Notes under the pieces: model-generated | Told to the model about the DNA's origin: nothing | The model's database searches: none | What the model saw: the letters and a program-made list of their open reading frames with translations, nothing else | Part shown: piece by piece, positions 41,089-51,019 of the stretch | How positions within the stretch are numbered: position 1 is the first letter of the stretch | Layout: every line of letters starts with the position of its first letter | Assembly (NCBI GenBank): GCA_965198235.1 | Contig: OZ240248.1 | Location: 352,001 to 416,000, forward strand | Direction of reading: 5' to 3' | From: Candidatus Poribacteria bacterium | Lineage (GTDB): Bacteria > Poribacteria > WGA-4E > WGA-3G | Length of the DNA stretch: 64,000 nucleotides | Made by a program: the position numbers and the translations under genes

Positions 41089-41868
41089 TCAATCAAAACG
41101 CGACGTAATATCGGGTGGTGGTTCTCCCACGGCAGACTCGCCATCCCGCAACAACGGCTCTGCATTGCCCCACAAGCGGCTTCCATCATGCGACAGAAGC
41201 GGCTCCGCCGAATACTGAGCAAGATAGGCGCGCCGTAGGTTGTTCGTGTAGTTCGTGCCGCTGCAGTGGAAATTGACACTCGTAAACGCCACAATGCTCC
41301 CCGCAGGCACGATGGCAGGCACACCCTTTTCCGGTCCAAAATAGCCCACCATATCGTTACTTTCATCGTCGCGAATGTGCTTTACCCACGAACGGACACC
41401 GATGTGGGAAAACGGCATCACGGAGACCGTCCCATTCTCTTCAGACATATCGTCAAGGGCACACCAACAGGTGAGGTACGGCTTGTGATCGGGATAGCCG
41501 ACGTAACCCGAATCCTGGTGCCAACTGAACTTCATTCCCTCTTCTGCTCCTTTGACGACGTACTGTTCCCAGAAGAGATACGCCGTATCGCCTAAGGTGG
41601 CGCGGCAGACATCTGCCATTAGGTCGCTGAACAGAAATTCGCGAAGTTTCGGCTGTTTCCTGAAGCAGTTTGAGACGAAATACCGCTTGTGACGATGATT
41701 GAGACCGAGGACATCCGTGTCCTGCCGATCCATCTCGGCATCCATCTGACCGATAAAAGTTCCGCATTCACCGCGGAGCAGCTCCAGAAGCGATTCTGGG
41801 ATAACATTCTCTAAAATGCAATAGCCTTCCTCTTGGAATTGCTGTTTCTGGGCATCGGTTATGTTCAT
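41089..41868 (-). CDS. PhyH family dioxygenase
   Basis: WHQDSGY, WCALDD, AGSIVAF...FHCSG.N. Confidence 0.9.
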   Translation of the reverse strand: MNITDAQKQQFQEEGYCILENVIPESLLELLRGECGTFIGQMDAEMDRQDTDVLGLNHRHKRYFVSNCFRKQPKLREFLFSDLMADVCRATLGDTAYLFWEQYVVKGAEEGMKFSWHQDSGYVGYPDHKPYLTCWCALDDMSEENGTVSVMPFSHIGVRSWVKHIRDDESNDMVGYFGPEKGVPAIVPAGSIVAFTSVNFHCSGTNYTNNLRRAYLAQYSAEPLLSHDGSRLWGNAEPLLRDGESAVGEPPPDITSRFD

Positions 41869-41893
41869 ATTTTTCCAATTATTAAGTTTTTGC

Positions 41894-42212
41894 TTTTTTA
41901 ATTATGGGACTCCTGGACTGCCCTCCACTACGTTACAGGCAGGTTCTTGGTGAGTCTTGGTGTTTCTTCAGAATCTGTTCAGTCTGACACAACGCGCCGC
42001 AACTTCACCGAAAACCTGCGCGTAATGAAATTATGCCTCAAACGGCATAATTTGTCTCTGCTTTACATTTGGAATGCAGTCAAAGCGGTTCATCATTAAA
42101 AAATGAACTGCGAGAGGCAGAACCGTACAAATTCCCAGAAACGTCGAGACTTCACCAGAAGCCCGCTCGTAATGAAATGGAGAGCGGTCAAAGCGACCCA
42201 TAATTAAAAAAA
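41894..42212. mobile_element. MITE-like element with long imperfect terminal inverted repeats
   Basis: TTTTTTAATTATGGG ... CCCATAATTAAAAAA (15-bp perfect, about 60 bp imperfect); no ORF. Confidence 0.75.
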
Positions 42213-42245
42213 CGGTTTGTAAGTTTCCAACCTACAAAGAGACTC

Positions 42246-43382
42246 CTATTCGATATTAACTTGGCGGACGACCTGACCGTTGCTTTCCCAATAGGTGTGT
42301 TTTCCAGTGATGTAGTCGGAATCGCCTGCGGGTTGGGTGTTTCCCATCGTATCAATGGCTCTGGAGACGACGGTGTGTTCGCCTTTCGACGGGCTGTTCC
42401 AGTCGAGATGCCAAATTTTCCAAGCGAATTCCGCGTCCTCTTCCGGATCTATCGTCGCCTTTTGCCATGCACCACCATCAATACTCACTTCAACCGTTTG
42501 GATGGGGGCACCCCACGCCGCACCGTAGATGCGGTATTTATCACCGAGGCGCGTCACCTTCGCCGCCAACGATTTCAACTTTGTTCTACCAACCGAGGTC
42601 TCCATCCAGACCGATTCACCGTCGGGACGTTTCTCCTCGCGCATCGTGACATAGTCGCGTCCCATGAATCTCCCCATAAACCGGGTGTCGCGCACCTCGA
42701 TGCGTTTGAGCCATTTGACGCACGCGATGCCATACCAGCCGGGAGCAATCAGACGTAGCGGTGCTCCGTTCGCGTGTGGTAACGGTTCACCGTTCATCTC
42801 GTAGCAGAGGAGGTTTGTGTCCTGTAGCGCGTCTTCGACGGACATACTGCGTGCAAAGTTCTGACGCATTTTTACATCCCGCCGTTCCTCTTCTCCGGCA
42901 TCGTGTCCAAAGAAGATAACCTCAATTCCATTTTCTCGGATGCCTGCTTCCTTGAGGATTGGTGCGAGCGGTGTACCTGCCCATTTTGCGTTGCCTATTC
43001 CGCCTGTGAACGTTGGAAATCCGTGGTTGCCGGAGCATTCCAGCGTAAAGGTTACCTCCTGTCGGGGGCGCGCTTTGATGTCCTCAATTGTGAGTATCAG
43101 CGGGTTTTTAACCAAACCGCTTACTTCCAGTTTCCACGTCGCGAGGTCTACTTCAGGTTTGTCGTAGTGTGAAACGTTGAAGAATTTATCGTTCGGTGTG
43201 ATAAAGGCGTCAAGCTCATTCCAATCCAGTAAACCGCGCTTTGAAGGCGGCTCCGGTGGCTGATCGGTGAATGGAATAAGCACTTCACCTTCACGGCTTG
43301 GGAAGGCGTAGACTGCCCACGGGCTGAGCAACAACCCGGTAAGCGTTAAACCGCTCTGTCGCAAAAAATCTCTACGTTCCAT
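42246..43382 (-). CDS. Tat-exported sulfite oxidase family molybdoenzyme
   Basis: RRDFL, LECSGN, ANGAPLRLIAPGWYG..CVKWL. Confidence 0.92.
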   Translation of the reverse strand: MERRDFLRQSGLTLTGLLLSPWAVYAFPSREGEVLIPFTDQPPEPPSKRGLLDWNELDAFITPNDKFFNVSHYDKPEVDLATWKLEVSGLVKNPLILTIEDIKARPRQEVTFTLECSGNHGFPTFTGGIGNAKWAGTPLAPILKEAGIRENGIEVIFFGHDAGEEERRDVKMRQNFARSMSVEDALQDTNLLCYEMNGEPLPHANGAPLRLIAPGWYGIACVKWLKRIEVRDTRFMGRFMGRDYVTMREEKRPDGESVWMETSVGRTKLKSLAAKVTRLGDKYRIYGAAWGAPIQTVEVSIDGGAWQKATIDPEEDAEFAWKIWHLDWNSPSKGEHTVVSRAIDTMGNTQPAGDSDYITGKHTYWESNGQVVRQVNIE

Positions 43383-43531
43383 AGTGTCTCCTTGCTTTTC
43401 TATGGGATGGTTTACAGTAAAATCTACGTATAATACGGTATAATATTAGTAGCGAGGTTAGGAAACCTCACCAGCGATAGCATAACCTTATTCTCCTCGG
43501 TAAACGCGGTTTTTCAACCTCGCTTCTGTTA

Positions 43532-44245
43532 TCACTTCATTGCCGCAAGGTAATTAACGTTGACTTGTTCCCAATTGATGACTTTGCCCCACGCGTCAAT
43601 GTAATCGGCGCGTCGGTTCTGATATTTCAGATAATAGGCGTGTTCCCAGACATCGAGGCCGAGGATGGGAGTGTGTCCCTTCATAAGTGGACTATCCTGA
43701 TTTGATGTAGCGTATATCTGCAACTTCTTCTTTTCATCAACAACGAGCCATGTCCATCCTGACCCGAAATGCGTTTTCGCTATTTTGTCGAACATCTCGC
43801 TGCCAGCATCAAATGATCCGAACGTGGATTGGATGGCTTCAACAACTTTACCTGTTGGCTCGCTGCCGCCTGGAGTCATAATGCTCCAGAAAAGCGTATG
43901 GTTCGCATGCCCACCGCCGCTGTTGATAACGGCTTGACGGAGATGTTTCGGCACCTTTTCAATATTTTGGAGCATGTCCTCAAGGGACATGTGCATCAGG
44001 TCGTGACTGCGTGCGATCGCCGCGTTGAGTTTATTGACGTAGCCTTGGTGGTGTTTTCCGTGATGGATTTCCATTGTGCGTTTGTCAATATGAGGTTCGA
44101 GGGCATCGTACGCGTAGGGCAGTGGCGGTAATTTCTGACCTGTCTGGTGGTCATGCTGGGCAGCATATACGCGCAGAGGACTGCTCGCGAGAAGGATCCC
44201 TGCCAAGGTAGTGCTTCCCTGAATTAAAAAATTTCTGCGGTTCAT
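43532..44245 (-). CDS. sodA: Fe/Mn superoxide dismutase with Tat signal
   Basis: [25 protein letters not shown]. Confidence 0.9.
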   Translation of the reverse strand: MNRRNFLIQGSTTLAGILLASSPLRVYAAQHDHQTGQKLPPLPYAYDALEPHIDKRTMEIHHGKHHQGYVNKLNAAIARSHDLMHMSLEDMLQNIEKVPKHLRQAVINSGGGHANHTLFWSIMTPGGSEPTGKVVEAIQSTFGSFDAGSEMFDKIAKTHFGSGWTWLVVDEKKKLQIYATSNQDSPLMKGHTPILGLDVWEHAYYLKYQNRRADYIDAWGKVINWEQVNVNYLAAMK

Positions 44246-44408
44246 GATTTCTCCTTGTCCTGCTGTTTTGGACAGCATTTTAGCAGAAATTGTGGGTTTG
44301 TGTCAAGTGTCAAAATTCAGTTGATTTTGGCAGAGAAATGTGGTATGTTGACTGTAGCATACACAGATAACGAAAAATCTATGTATGAAATACATCGGGA
44401 AACAATTA

Positions 44409-45326
44409 ATGGACAACACAGACACTTTTCACATCCTCGCGTTAGATGGCGGCGGCACTCGCGGCATATACACCGCCCAGCTCCTTGCCAAAATTGAACA
44501 GGCTTTTGGAATAAGCATCAAAGCCTGTTTTGATCTCATCGCTGGAACGAGTACCGGGGCAATCATCGCTGGTGCCGCTGTCTCCGACATTCCTATGCAA
44601 GATATTGTCGAACTTTTTGAGACTGAAACACCCTATATCTTCCGAAGAAGGTGGTATCGGATCCCGTTGTTCCTCAGTAAATATCCCGACCAAAAACTCG
44701 CGCAAATTATTGCCAAGTATCTCCCCGCAACGCCGCTCGGCGAAATAGCAAGTCCCTTGATGATAACAAGTTCGGAGATTGCCAAAAGTGAAGTTCACAT
44801 CTTTAGATCGAATTATAGAAGTCGTGATTCGGAGATCACTCCTGCAGGTAAAGATGTGAGTTTGCGAGATGCGATCCTCGCCTCCTGTGCCGCACCTACG
44901 TTTTTCGCGCCAAAATCCGTTGACAACTTCCTGTTAGCAGATGGCGGATTATGGGCAAACAATCCGTCCACGGTCGCCTTCACAGAGGCACTCTCGGTGT
45001 TCGGAAAAGAGACACAAGAGGTGCGGATGCTGTCCGTTGGCACAGGGCATTCGGTGGATATGTATCGCAACAGGCGCGGATGGGGATTTATCACGGGGTG
45101 GGGTGGTGCGAAACTGACATCCTATGTGATGACACTGCAATCTCAGGCATCTGCAAGGACAGCGAAACTGCTGTTAAAGGAGAATTACCTGCGAATCAAC
45201 CCAGAAATTGATTTCTGGGAGTTGGATACCCTTACGCAGTTGGACAACTTGAAATCTCTCGCTGATCGTGATTTTGAGAGGTATGCTGCGGAGATTGAGG
45301 CGTTTGTTCCCATTCAGTTTGGATAA
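44409..45326 (+). CDS. Patatin-like phospholipase
   Basis: DGGGTRG, GTSTG, DGG. Confidence 0.92.
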   Translation: MDNTDTFHILALDGGGTRGIYTAQLLAKIEQAFGISIKACFDLIAGTSTGAIIAGAAVSDIPMQDIVELFETETPYIFRRRWYRIPLFLSKYPDQKLAQIIAKYLPATPLGEIASPLMITSSEIAKSEVHIFRSNYRSRDSEITPAGKDVSLRDAILASCAAPTFFAPKSVDNFLLADGGLWANNPSTVAFTEALSVFGKETQEVRMLSVGTGHSVDMYRNRRGWGFITGWGGAKLTSYVMTLQSQASARTAKLLLKENYLRINPEIDFWELDTLTQLDNLKSLADRDFERYAAEIEAFVPIQFG

Positions 45327-45433
45327 AGTGTGGTGATTACCTGAAGGCGTGGCTTTCGCGTGCCTTCCTACTTTTCAGCAGAATCCTGTAATCCGCGATT
45401 TAGACTTCCGAATATACTTTTTTGTAAAAAAAA

Positions 45434-45462
45434 TTGACATTAAATGTTGAAAAATGTATAAT
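45434..45462 (+). promoter_or_regulatory. Consensus sigma70 promoter
   Basis: TTGACA-N17-TATAAT with extended -10 TG and A-tract upstream. Confidence 0.75.
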
Positions 45463-45542
45463 ATGGGCAAATCTGGTGAATTTTTCCGTAACACGTGATA
45501 ATTTTCTTTTTGGGATAAAGCCTTATTATGGAGGTCCCAACA

Positions 45543-45920
45543 GTGAGTATCCGAGACCGTGTTCACCCCGCATCGCAAGATTCTGTAAGCTTGAATTCGT
45601 TGGCAATTTTGCGTCTGGATAACAGCGAATTGACGAGCATCGGCACCTATTATCGACTGGTAATCAACAATGGCGTTGGTCGTCAGTCTATGCTGGGATG
45701 TCAAAAGCCAGGTTGTTACAAGGGAAGGGGACGCGCGGGACCTGGGAATAACAGCAACGGTTTCGGGAGGCGTGCTGTAGGAGGTGTGCATTTTCACCAA
45801 CTACGAGCAGATGCGGTGCCCTTTCTGCGGAAGATGGTAATCCTCGAACGGTTGAGGTCGGCGTTAAAATCCAAAAAAAAGCGACTCGGTGTCGAATCAG
45901 GAATTGTTGATCGGCATTGA
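45543..45920 (+). CDS. Basic hypothetical protein
   Basis: GGAGG before GTG 45543, downstream of a consensus promoter; no family recognised. Confidence 0.45.
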   Translation: MSIRDRVHPASQDSVSLNSLAILRLDNSELTSIGTYYRLVINNGVGRQSMLGCQKPGCYKGRGRAGPGNNSNGFGRRAVGGVHFHQLRADAVPFLRKMVILERLRSALKSKKKRLGVESGIVDRH

Positions 45921-46080
45921 ATCGCTTTTTCTAATTTTGTCAAGAAGTGCCGGTAACCCCTTGTTGCGTTACCGAAAAGGATAAGGATTTCAAACTTCAT
46001 CGATTAACAATGCTATACCCAATTTCGTTTCTTGGGATAGGATTTAACTATACCCAGTCAGGGAAGAGGAGGAAATTCTC

Positions 46081-46509
46081 ATGGCAGTCCTCAAACGAGT
46101 TATAGGCGTTGTGCTTATCATCATTGCGGCGATAGTCGCCATCCAGACGGTACTTGAACCGATTTACCATACTTCCACCGAAGGTAGCCCGTACAGTTCC
46201 ACTTGGGACTATATCAACTGGCTCTCTGTTATTTCAATAATACTGGGAGTGATATTCAGTTACATCCGCATGAGCCGTACCGGTGCGGATTCGAGCGTTC
46301 AAGAATTCATAGCGGCTAACACGCTATTCTATGGATTCATGTTCGCGGCTATAATCTTTTTCTGGAACTGGTTCGGCATCAGCGGTGTCGGGTCGGACTT
46401 TACCGCTGTCGGCATGGACACTCGAGCGTTGATATGGATCCTTTTTAATGCCACACTTCCGTTGTTGAACGGCGCGATGGGTGTCCGCCTGCTACGCTCC
46501 AGTGAATAG
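46081..46509 (+). CDS. Four-TM membrane protein
   Basis: GAGGAGG RBS; four hydrophobic segments. Confidence 0.8.
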   Translation: MAVLKRVIGVVLIIIAAIVAIQTVLEPIYHTSTEGSPYSSTWDYINWLSVISIILGVIFSYIRMSRTGADSSVQEFIAANTLFYGFMFAAIIFFWNWFGISGVGSDFTAVGMDTRALIWILFNATLPLLNGAMGVRLLRSSE

Positions 46510-46684
46510 GTAGCCGGGATTGATATTCCGGTTCGTAGTGGAGTGATTTATTGAATGAGAGCACTACTGCGACTCTGAACGTGAAGTGCGCGCTTCTCAA
46601 GTGCGCACTTCATTTTTTTATGGACAACTTTCAGGATTCCTGATACCCTTTATTTCTAAGATAACAACCTCATGGGGGAAATCT

Positions 46685-47440
46685 ATGAAAATAAGATCAA
46701 ATAGAGTTAAACAGAAGTTAGCGGATGGAGACCTTGCGTACGTCATTTCAGGGTTGACGAGTGCTGATGATATAGATACCTTCGGTCCGAATGGATACGA
46801 CGGTGTGTGGTTGGAAGGTGAACACGGACGAGTGGATGCAGCACAACTCGGGGATCTGACGCGTGCATGCGACCTCTGGGGGATGACCTCTATCACACGT
46901 GTCAATCGCAACGATCAAGGACTTATCTACCGCACATTGGATTGTGGTGCAATGGGCATCTGTGTTCCGCACGTCAACACGAAAGCGGAGGCACAAAACG
47001 TTGTGGATGGTGCGAAGTTCGCGCCGATCGGACACCGCGGGATGTTCACCAGTCGCCAGGGCTATGGTGTGGACAACTATTTTGATGTCGCTAACTCACA
47101 GACACTCGTGGTTGTCCTGATTGAAGACATTGTCGCCGTTAACAACCTAGACGATATTCTCACTGTCGATCATATCGACGTATTTTTCGTTGCACCGTCA
47201 GATTTAGCAACTTCTATGGGCCATATCGGGAATCTTACCCACCCAGATGTCCAGAGGACGATTGATGCAGCACTCGCGCGCATCCAAGAGGCGGGACGGG
47301 TTGCTGGGACTTTGGCAACCGATGCGACTGTTGAAAAATACGTAAAGGCAGGGGTGCGGTTTCTGATGACAGGTATTGGCGGATGGATTACATCCGGCGC
47401 AGCAGCATTTAAAGAACGGGCAGAGGATGCGAAATCTTAA
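46685..47440 (+). CDS. HpcH/HpaI aldolase family protein
   Basis: EGEHG, LDCGA, PIGHRG, IED, FVAPSDL. Confidence 0.9.
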   Translation: MKIRSNRVKQKLADGDLAYVISGLTSADDIDTFGPNGYDGVWLEGEHGRVDAAQLGDLTRACDLWGMTSITRVNRNDQGLIYRTLDCGAMGICVPHVNTKAEAQNVVDGAKFAPIGHRGMFTSRQGYGVDNYFDVANSQTLVVVLIEDIVAVNNLDDILTVDHIDVFFVAPSDLATSMGHIGNLTHPDVQRTIDAALARIQEAGRVAGTLATDATVEKYVKAGVRFLMTGIGGWITSGAAAFKERAEDAKS

Positions 47441-47517
47441 CAGATTTAACCTACCAAGTGTTCTATCTTCTTATCGGCGCGGTTTCTAACCGCGCATTTT
47501 CATTGAATCCAAGGCAA

Positions 47518-48852
47518 CTACGCCAAAAAAGTGATCCCTCCTGATGCCTCTCTGTCCTGCCAGACTGAACCCGTCGGATAGATGTGCTTCTCGACAAACT
47601 CCGGATACATCTCCAGTCCCCAACCGGGGACTGTTGGCGTAACATAGGCACCATTGCGTACCTGAATTGGGTGCAGGAAAACGTCCTCTTGTAAGAAGTT
47701 GAGGTATTCAACGACCTGTGTTTCCGAATGCGCGGCGACGCAAATTTGATCCCAAATGGCGTAATGTTGAATCATGTTACACAACCCGATGCCACCACCG
47801 TGCGGGCAGACGGGGATAGCGTATTTTGCGGCCATCAAGATGACTCCGAGCACATCGTTGACCCCTCCGAGCCGCGTCGCGTCAATCTGGCAGTACTGGA
47901 TCGCTTCATTCGTGATTAACTGTTTGAAGATGACAGGCGACGGTACCTGTTCGCCTGTAGCGACTCCAATACCGTGTTTCTCTAAGGCACGTGCGATTTT
48001 CACGAAGCCGAGCACATCGTCGCGCGCTGTCGGTTCCTCAATCCATGTCGGTTTGAACTGTGCTAACTCTTCCATATAGGCGATTGCTTCATCGACACCC
48101 CATATCTGATTTGCATCCAGCATCAGAAGTGCCTCTGTGCCGATTGCCTCCCGAATGAAGGCGAGTCGTTTCTTGTCAAAGTCCAGATCCTGTCCAACCT
48201 TCATTTTGAAGCAGTCAAGCCCGGCTGCTTTCACCTGATTCACTGTCTCAATAATCTGTGCATCTGTCAGACCGAGCCATCCTGCGGTGGAATAAGCCTT
48301 GGGTCCCTGTTGGAGGAGCGTCTGCTCACGGGCTGCGCGACTGCCCCAATGTGTGTTGAGGATCTCCTCTGCTTCATCAGGTGTCAGTGCATCGCGCAGG
48401 TACCGCCAATCAATACATTGCGCAATCTTCTCTGGTGGTAGGTCAACGAGAAGTTTCCAGAGCGGTTTATCGACCAGTTTTGCCCAAGTATCCCACATCG
48501 CGTTGACAATGCTCCCGATCGCCATCCGGTTAACGCCGTCAGCAAGCCAGCGTAACTGGTGATGGTCGACAAGAAGCCTGTGGAATGCACCGGGGTCGTC
48601 AACGAAAGTGGCCATCTCCACCCCAACAACGAGTTGTGCCAGGTCTTTAACGCCGTAGGCAATCCAGTCGTTTCCGGCACCCGCGGTGAACGCCACTGAT
48701 ATACCTTGATGTCCTGTGCTTGTTTCAAGTGTCGTTAGGACTGCAGAATAATTCGGTTTTTTATGAAAGGGATCGGAACCGAGTAGTGTATCCGATGTGG
48801 GGACGCGTAAATCAACAACATCAACTTTTACGATTTTTCCTAAGTTATTCAT
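47518..48852 (-). CDS. L-fuconate dehydratase-like enolase-superfamily enzyme
   Basis: DLRVPTS..LLGSD, YSTAGWLG, KMKVG, DANQ, EEPT, TGE, CPHGGG. Confidence 0.88.
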   Translation of the reverse strand: MNNLGKIVKVDVVDLRVPTSDTLLGSDPFHKKPNYSAVLTTLETSTGHQGISVAFTAGAGNDWIAYGVKDLAQLVVGVEMATFVDDPGAFHRLLVDHHQLRWLADGVNRMAIGSIVNAMWDTWAKLVDKPLWKLLVDLPPEKIAQCIDWRYLRDALTPDEAEEILNTHWGSRAAREQTLLQQGPKAYSTAGWLGLTDAQIIETVNQVKAAGLDCFKMKVGQDLDFDKKRLAFIREAIGTEALLMLDANQIWGVDEAIAYMEELAQFKPTWIEEPTARDDVLGFVKIARALEKHGIGVATGEQVPSPVIFKQLITNEAIQYCQIDATRLGGVNDVLGVILMAAKYAIPVCPHGGGIGLCNMIQHYAIWDQICVAAHSETQVVEYLNFLQEDVFLHPIQVRNGAYVTPTVPGWGLEMYPEFVEKHIYPTGSVWQDREASGGITFLA

Positions 48853-49237
48853 CAAAATTTTCGGTGTAGAAACTCCGTCTTTATAAAGTGGGGAGGAAAC
48901 ACCTCTCTCCTTTTTCTTGACAGAAAACGCCAAAATCGTTAGAATGCTCTGCGTCGTGCAGAAGGTTGTGAATTATGCGTACTGGACGCTATTGCTGAGT
49001 GGGTTTACGTAAAACGACAACACGATGACGCTAAACAACCCAGACGAGCTTTTTGAGTGTAATGGATGCGAGGCAGTAAAACACCCGATCCGAAAAAACG
49101 CACTCTGAAAAAATAGTGAGTTGCCTTCGGGCAAGCGGGCTGCTTAGTATCCCGTTGTGGAGTAGATGTAAGGCCTCACTTTGAGGCAAACTACGATGAA
49201 GCACAAGCCCCACCCTTTAGGGTGTGGGTGCTATGAC
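48853..49237 (+). mobile_element. ORF-less IS200/IS605 derivative carrying a promoter and omega-RNA scaffold
   Basis: Left end after TTCAT resembles the other two elements; TTGACA-N17-TAGAAT (48917-48945); right-end hairpin CCCCACCCTTTAGGGTGTGGG then TGAC. Confidence 0.85.
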
Positions 49238-49270
49238 GTTTGCTTGACTCCTTTCCTGACTGAGTATATA

Positions 49271-49482
49271 ATAACCCAAGTTGCCATCTAACAAACTGTA
49301 AATGTTTGCGTACTATTTTTTTTGACCACACGCGGAAGTTTAAGGGATACAGATGTCGCCCCGCTGGGGCTTTAACGCGTTATAGCTCGAGTTTAAAAGG
49401 TGTACCTTCAAGATTTATGAAAAGGCATCCAAAAAAGCAATGAATATAGCATCTTTTATTCCAAGGTAGCAACTTGGATTAT
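49271..49482. repeat. MITE-like element
   Basis: ATAACCCAAGTTGC / GCAACTTGGATTAT inverted ends around a GCCCCGCTGGGGC hairpin. Confidence 0.6.
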
Positions 49483-49489
49483 ATAATAG

Positions 49490-50050
49490 ATGAATATGAA
49501 AATCTATACTAAATTCGGCGATTCTGGAGAGACTGCGCTTTACGGCGGAACAAGGTTAGGGAAAGATGAACCACGCATTGAGGCGATCGGCACTGTTGAC
49601 GAACTGAACGCTTATATCGGTTATGCGCAGACGCAGGTTGACGATGCTGATCTTTCCGAGCTCATGGCGCGGGTTCAGAATCACCTCTTTGATGTCGGTG
49701 CGGATTTGGCAACGCCAGCGACACATACGAAAGCTGCCGAATTCCGCATACCGGCAGATTTCACCATAGAGATGGAGACCGCAATAGATACACTATCTGC
49801 GGAGCTTCCACCACTGACAAACTTTATTCTGCCCGGTGGCTGCACCGCTGGCGCTATTTTGCATATCGCGCGCGTGGTGTGCCGTCGAAGTGAACGGTGT
49901 GTCGTGCGTCTCGCACGCGAAGCGGAGGTCAATCCTGAGATAATCCGAAGTTTGAACAGGCTTTCGGACCTCCTGTTTGTTCTCGCTCGCACGGTAAACT
50001 TCCGTGCGCAGGCTCCAGAACCGATTTGGGAGTCGCAAGCAAACTCTTAA
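49490..50050 (+). CDS. PduO-type cob(I)alamin adenosyltransferase
   Basis: IYTKFGDSGET, GTVDELN, FILPGG, RRSER, NRLSD. Confidence 0.94.
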   Translation: MNMKIYTKFGDSGETALYGGTRLGKDEPRIEAIGTVDELNAYIGYAQTQVDDADLSELMARVQNHLFDVGADLATPATHTKAAEFRIPADFTIEMETAIDTLSAELPPLTNFILPGGCTAGAILHIARVVCRRSERCVVRLAREAEVNPEIIRSLNRLSDLLFVLARTVNFRAQAPEPIWESQANS

Positions 50051-50056
50051 AAAGTA

Positions 50057-50150
50057 TAGGACTTACACAATTTTTCTATGAGCACCTCCGTATGACACGC
50101 CGCTGGCGAGGTTTGAAACCTCGCCAGCAATGGATGTTGCGTAAGTCCTA
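50057..50150. repeat. MITE-like element enclosing a REP hairpin
   Basis: TAGGACTTACACAA / TTGCGTAAGTCCTA ends; GCTGGCGAGGTTTGAAACCTCGCCAGC inside. Confidence 0.75.
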
Positions 50151-50188
50151 ATTTTATTTATTTTTATTTTAACGGAGGAGATGAAATA

Positions 50189-50956
50189 ATGAATTTGAGA
50201 TTGACAAATTTATTCTTAATAATTCTCATCGCGTTTGTTGCACTGGCAGGTTGTGATAAAGCGCAAAGGGTGGTAATGGATGGCATGCCATTGGCAGATG
50301 CCACTATGGATGAGACTATGACTGACATGGAAGCGGTTCCAGTGAGTTTAGTCTGGCTAGTCGACTACCCAGAGGGTGAGAAGGAGGTTTATCTCGAGTG
50401 GATTGCGTCCATTGCGGCAACGCTACAAGCCCCGGAAGAGGTCAATCGGATACGATCTTACGACAATCGTGAGGACGTGAGTCCACACCGGTTTGTTGAG
50501 TTTGAATTTGACAGTTTTCTTGATGCGGCGGCATATATGAATCGTCCGGAGATAGCCGGCGTTTTTGCAAACCTTCCCAACCATGCAACTCAAGTAAGCG
50601 CACACACGTTTATTGAGCGCTCTGACTACGCGAAAACCGAGGTAGACGATTGGCCAATTAAGGGTGTTATTTTTATTGACTATCCCCTCGGGGGAAAAGC
50701 AGCATATCTGGAATGGGTTGCTTCTATTTCTTCTGCATTGGTCGGGCCCCCTCAGGTGAAAGCGGTATCCTCTTACGACAACTACTATGGTGAATCCCCA
50801 CATCGGCTTGTTGTGTTAGAGTTTGCGAGTCAAGAGGATGTCGATGCCTTTGAGCAGTTAGAAGATATAATGGCTATCGAAGCTGAACTTGATGTCCGGG
50901 CAGAGAACTGGGAGCTGCATACACTCGAGTTGCACTCGGATTACATCAACGAATAA
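50189..50956 (+). CDS. Lipoprotein with two tandem EthD/DUF1330-like alpha+beta barrel domains
   Basis: LAGC lipobox; DYP.G.K..YLEW.ASI...SYDN....SPHR...EF twice. Confidence 0.75.
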   Translation: MNLRLTNLFLIILIAFVALAGCDKAQRVVMDGMPLADATMDETMTDMEAVPVSLVWLVDYPEGEKEVYLEWIASIAATLQAPEEVNRIRSYDNREDVSPHRFVEFEFDSFLDAAAYMNRPEIAGVFANLPNHATQVSAHTFIERSDYAKTEVDDWPIKGVIFIDYPLGGKAAYLEWVASISSALVGPPQVKAVSSYDNYYGESPHRLVVLEFASQEDVDAFEQLEDIMAIEAELDVRAENWELHTLELHSDYINE

Positions 50957-50982
50957 CACCTTGCGGTTCATTTTTTTCTTGC

Positions 50983-51016
50983 AGGCGCGCTTAGAAAGCG
51001 CGCCTCTCTTTTTTTC
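50983..51016 (+). terminator. Intrinsic terminator-like hairpin
   Basis: AGGCGCGCTT-AGA-AAGCGCGCCT followed by a T-rich tract, between convergent genes. Confidence 0.6.
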
Positions 51017-51019
51017 ATC

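Noticed and set aside
44409-45326. CBASS system (CapV-like effector)
   Set aside because: No CD-NTase or cap genes nearby; treated as an orphan patatin
49240-49489. Cobalamin riboswitch upstream of the adenosyltransferase
   Set aside because: No B12-box recognised; the region is explained by a MITE-like repeat
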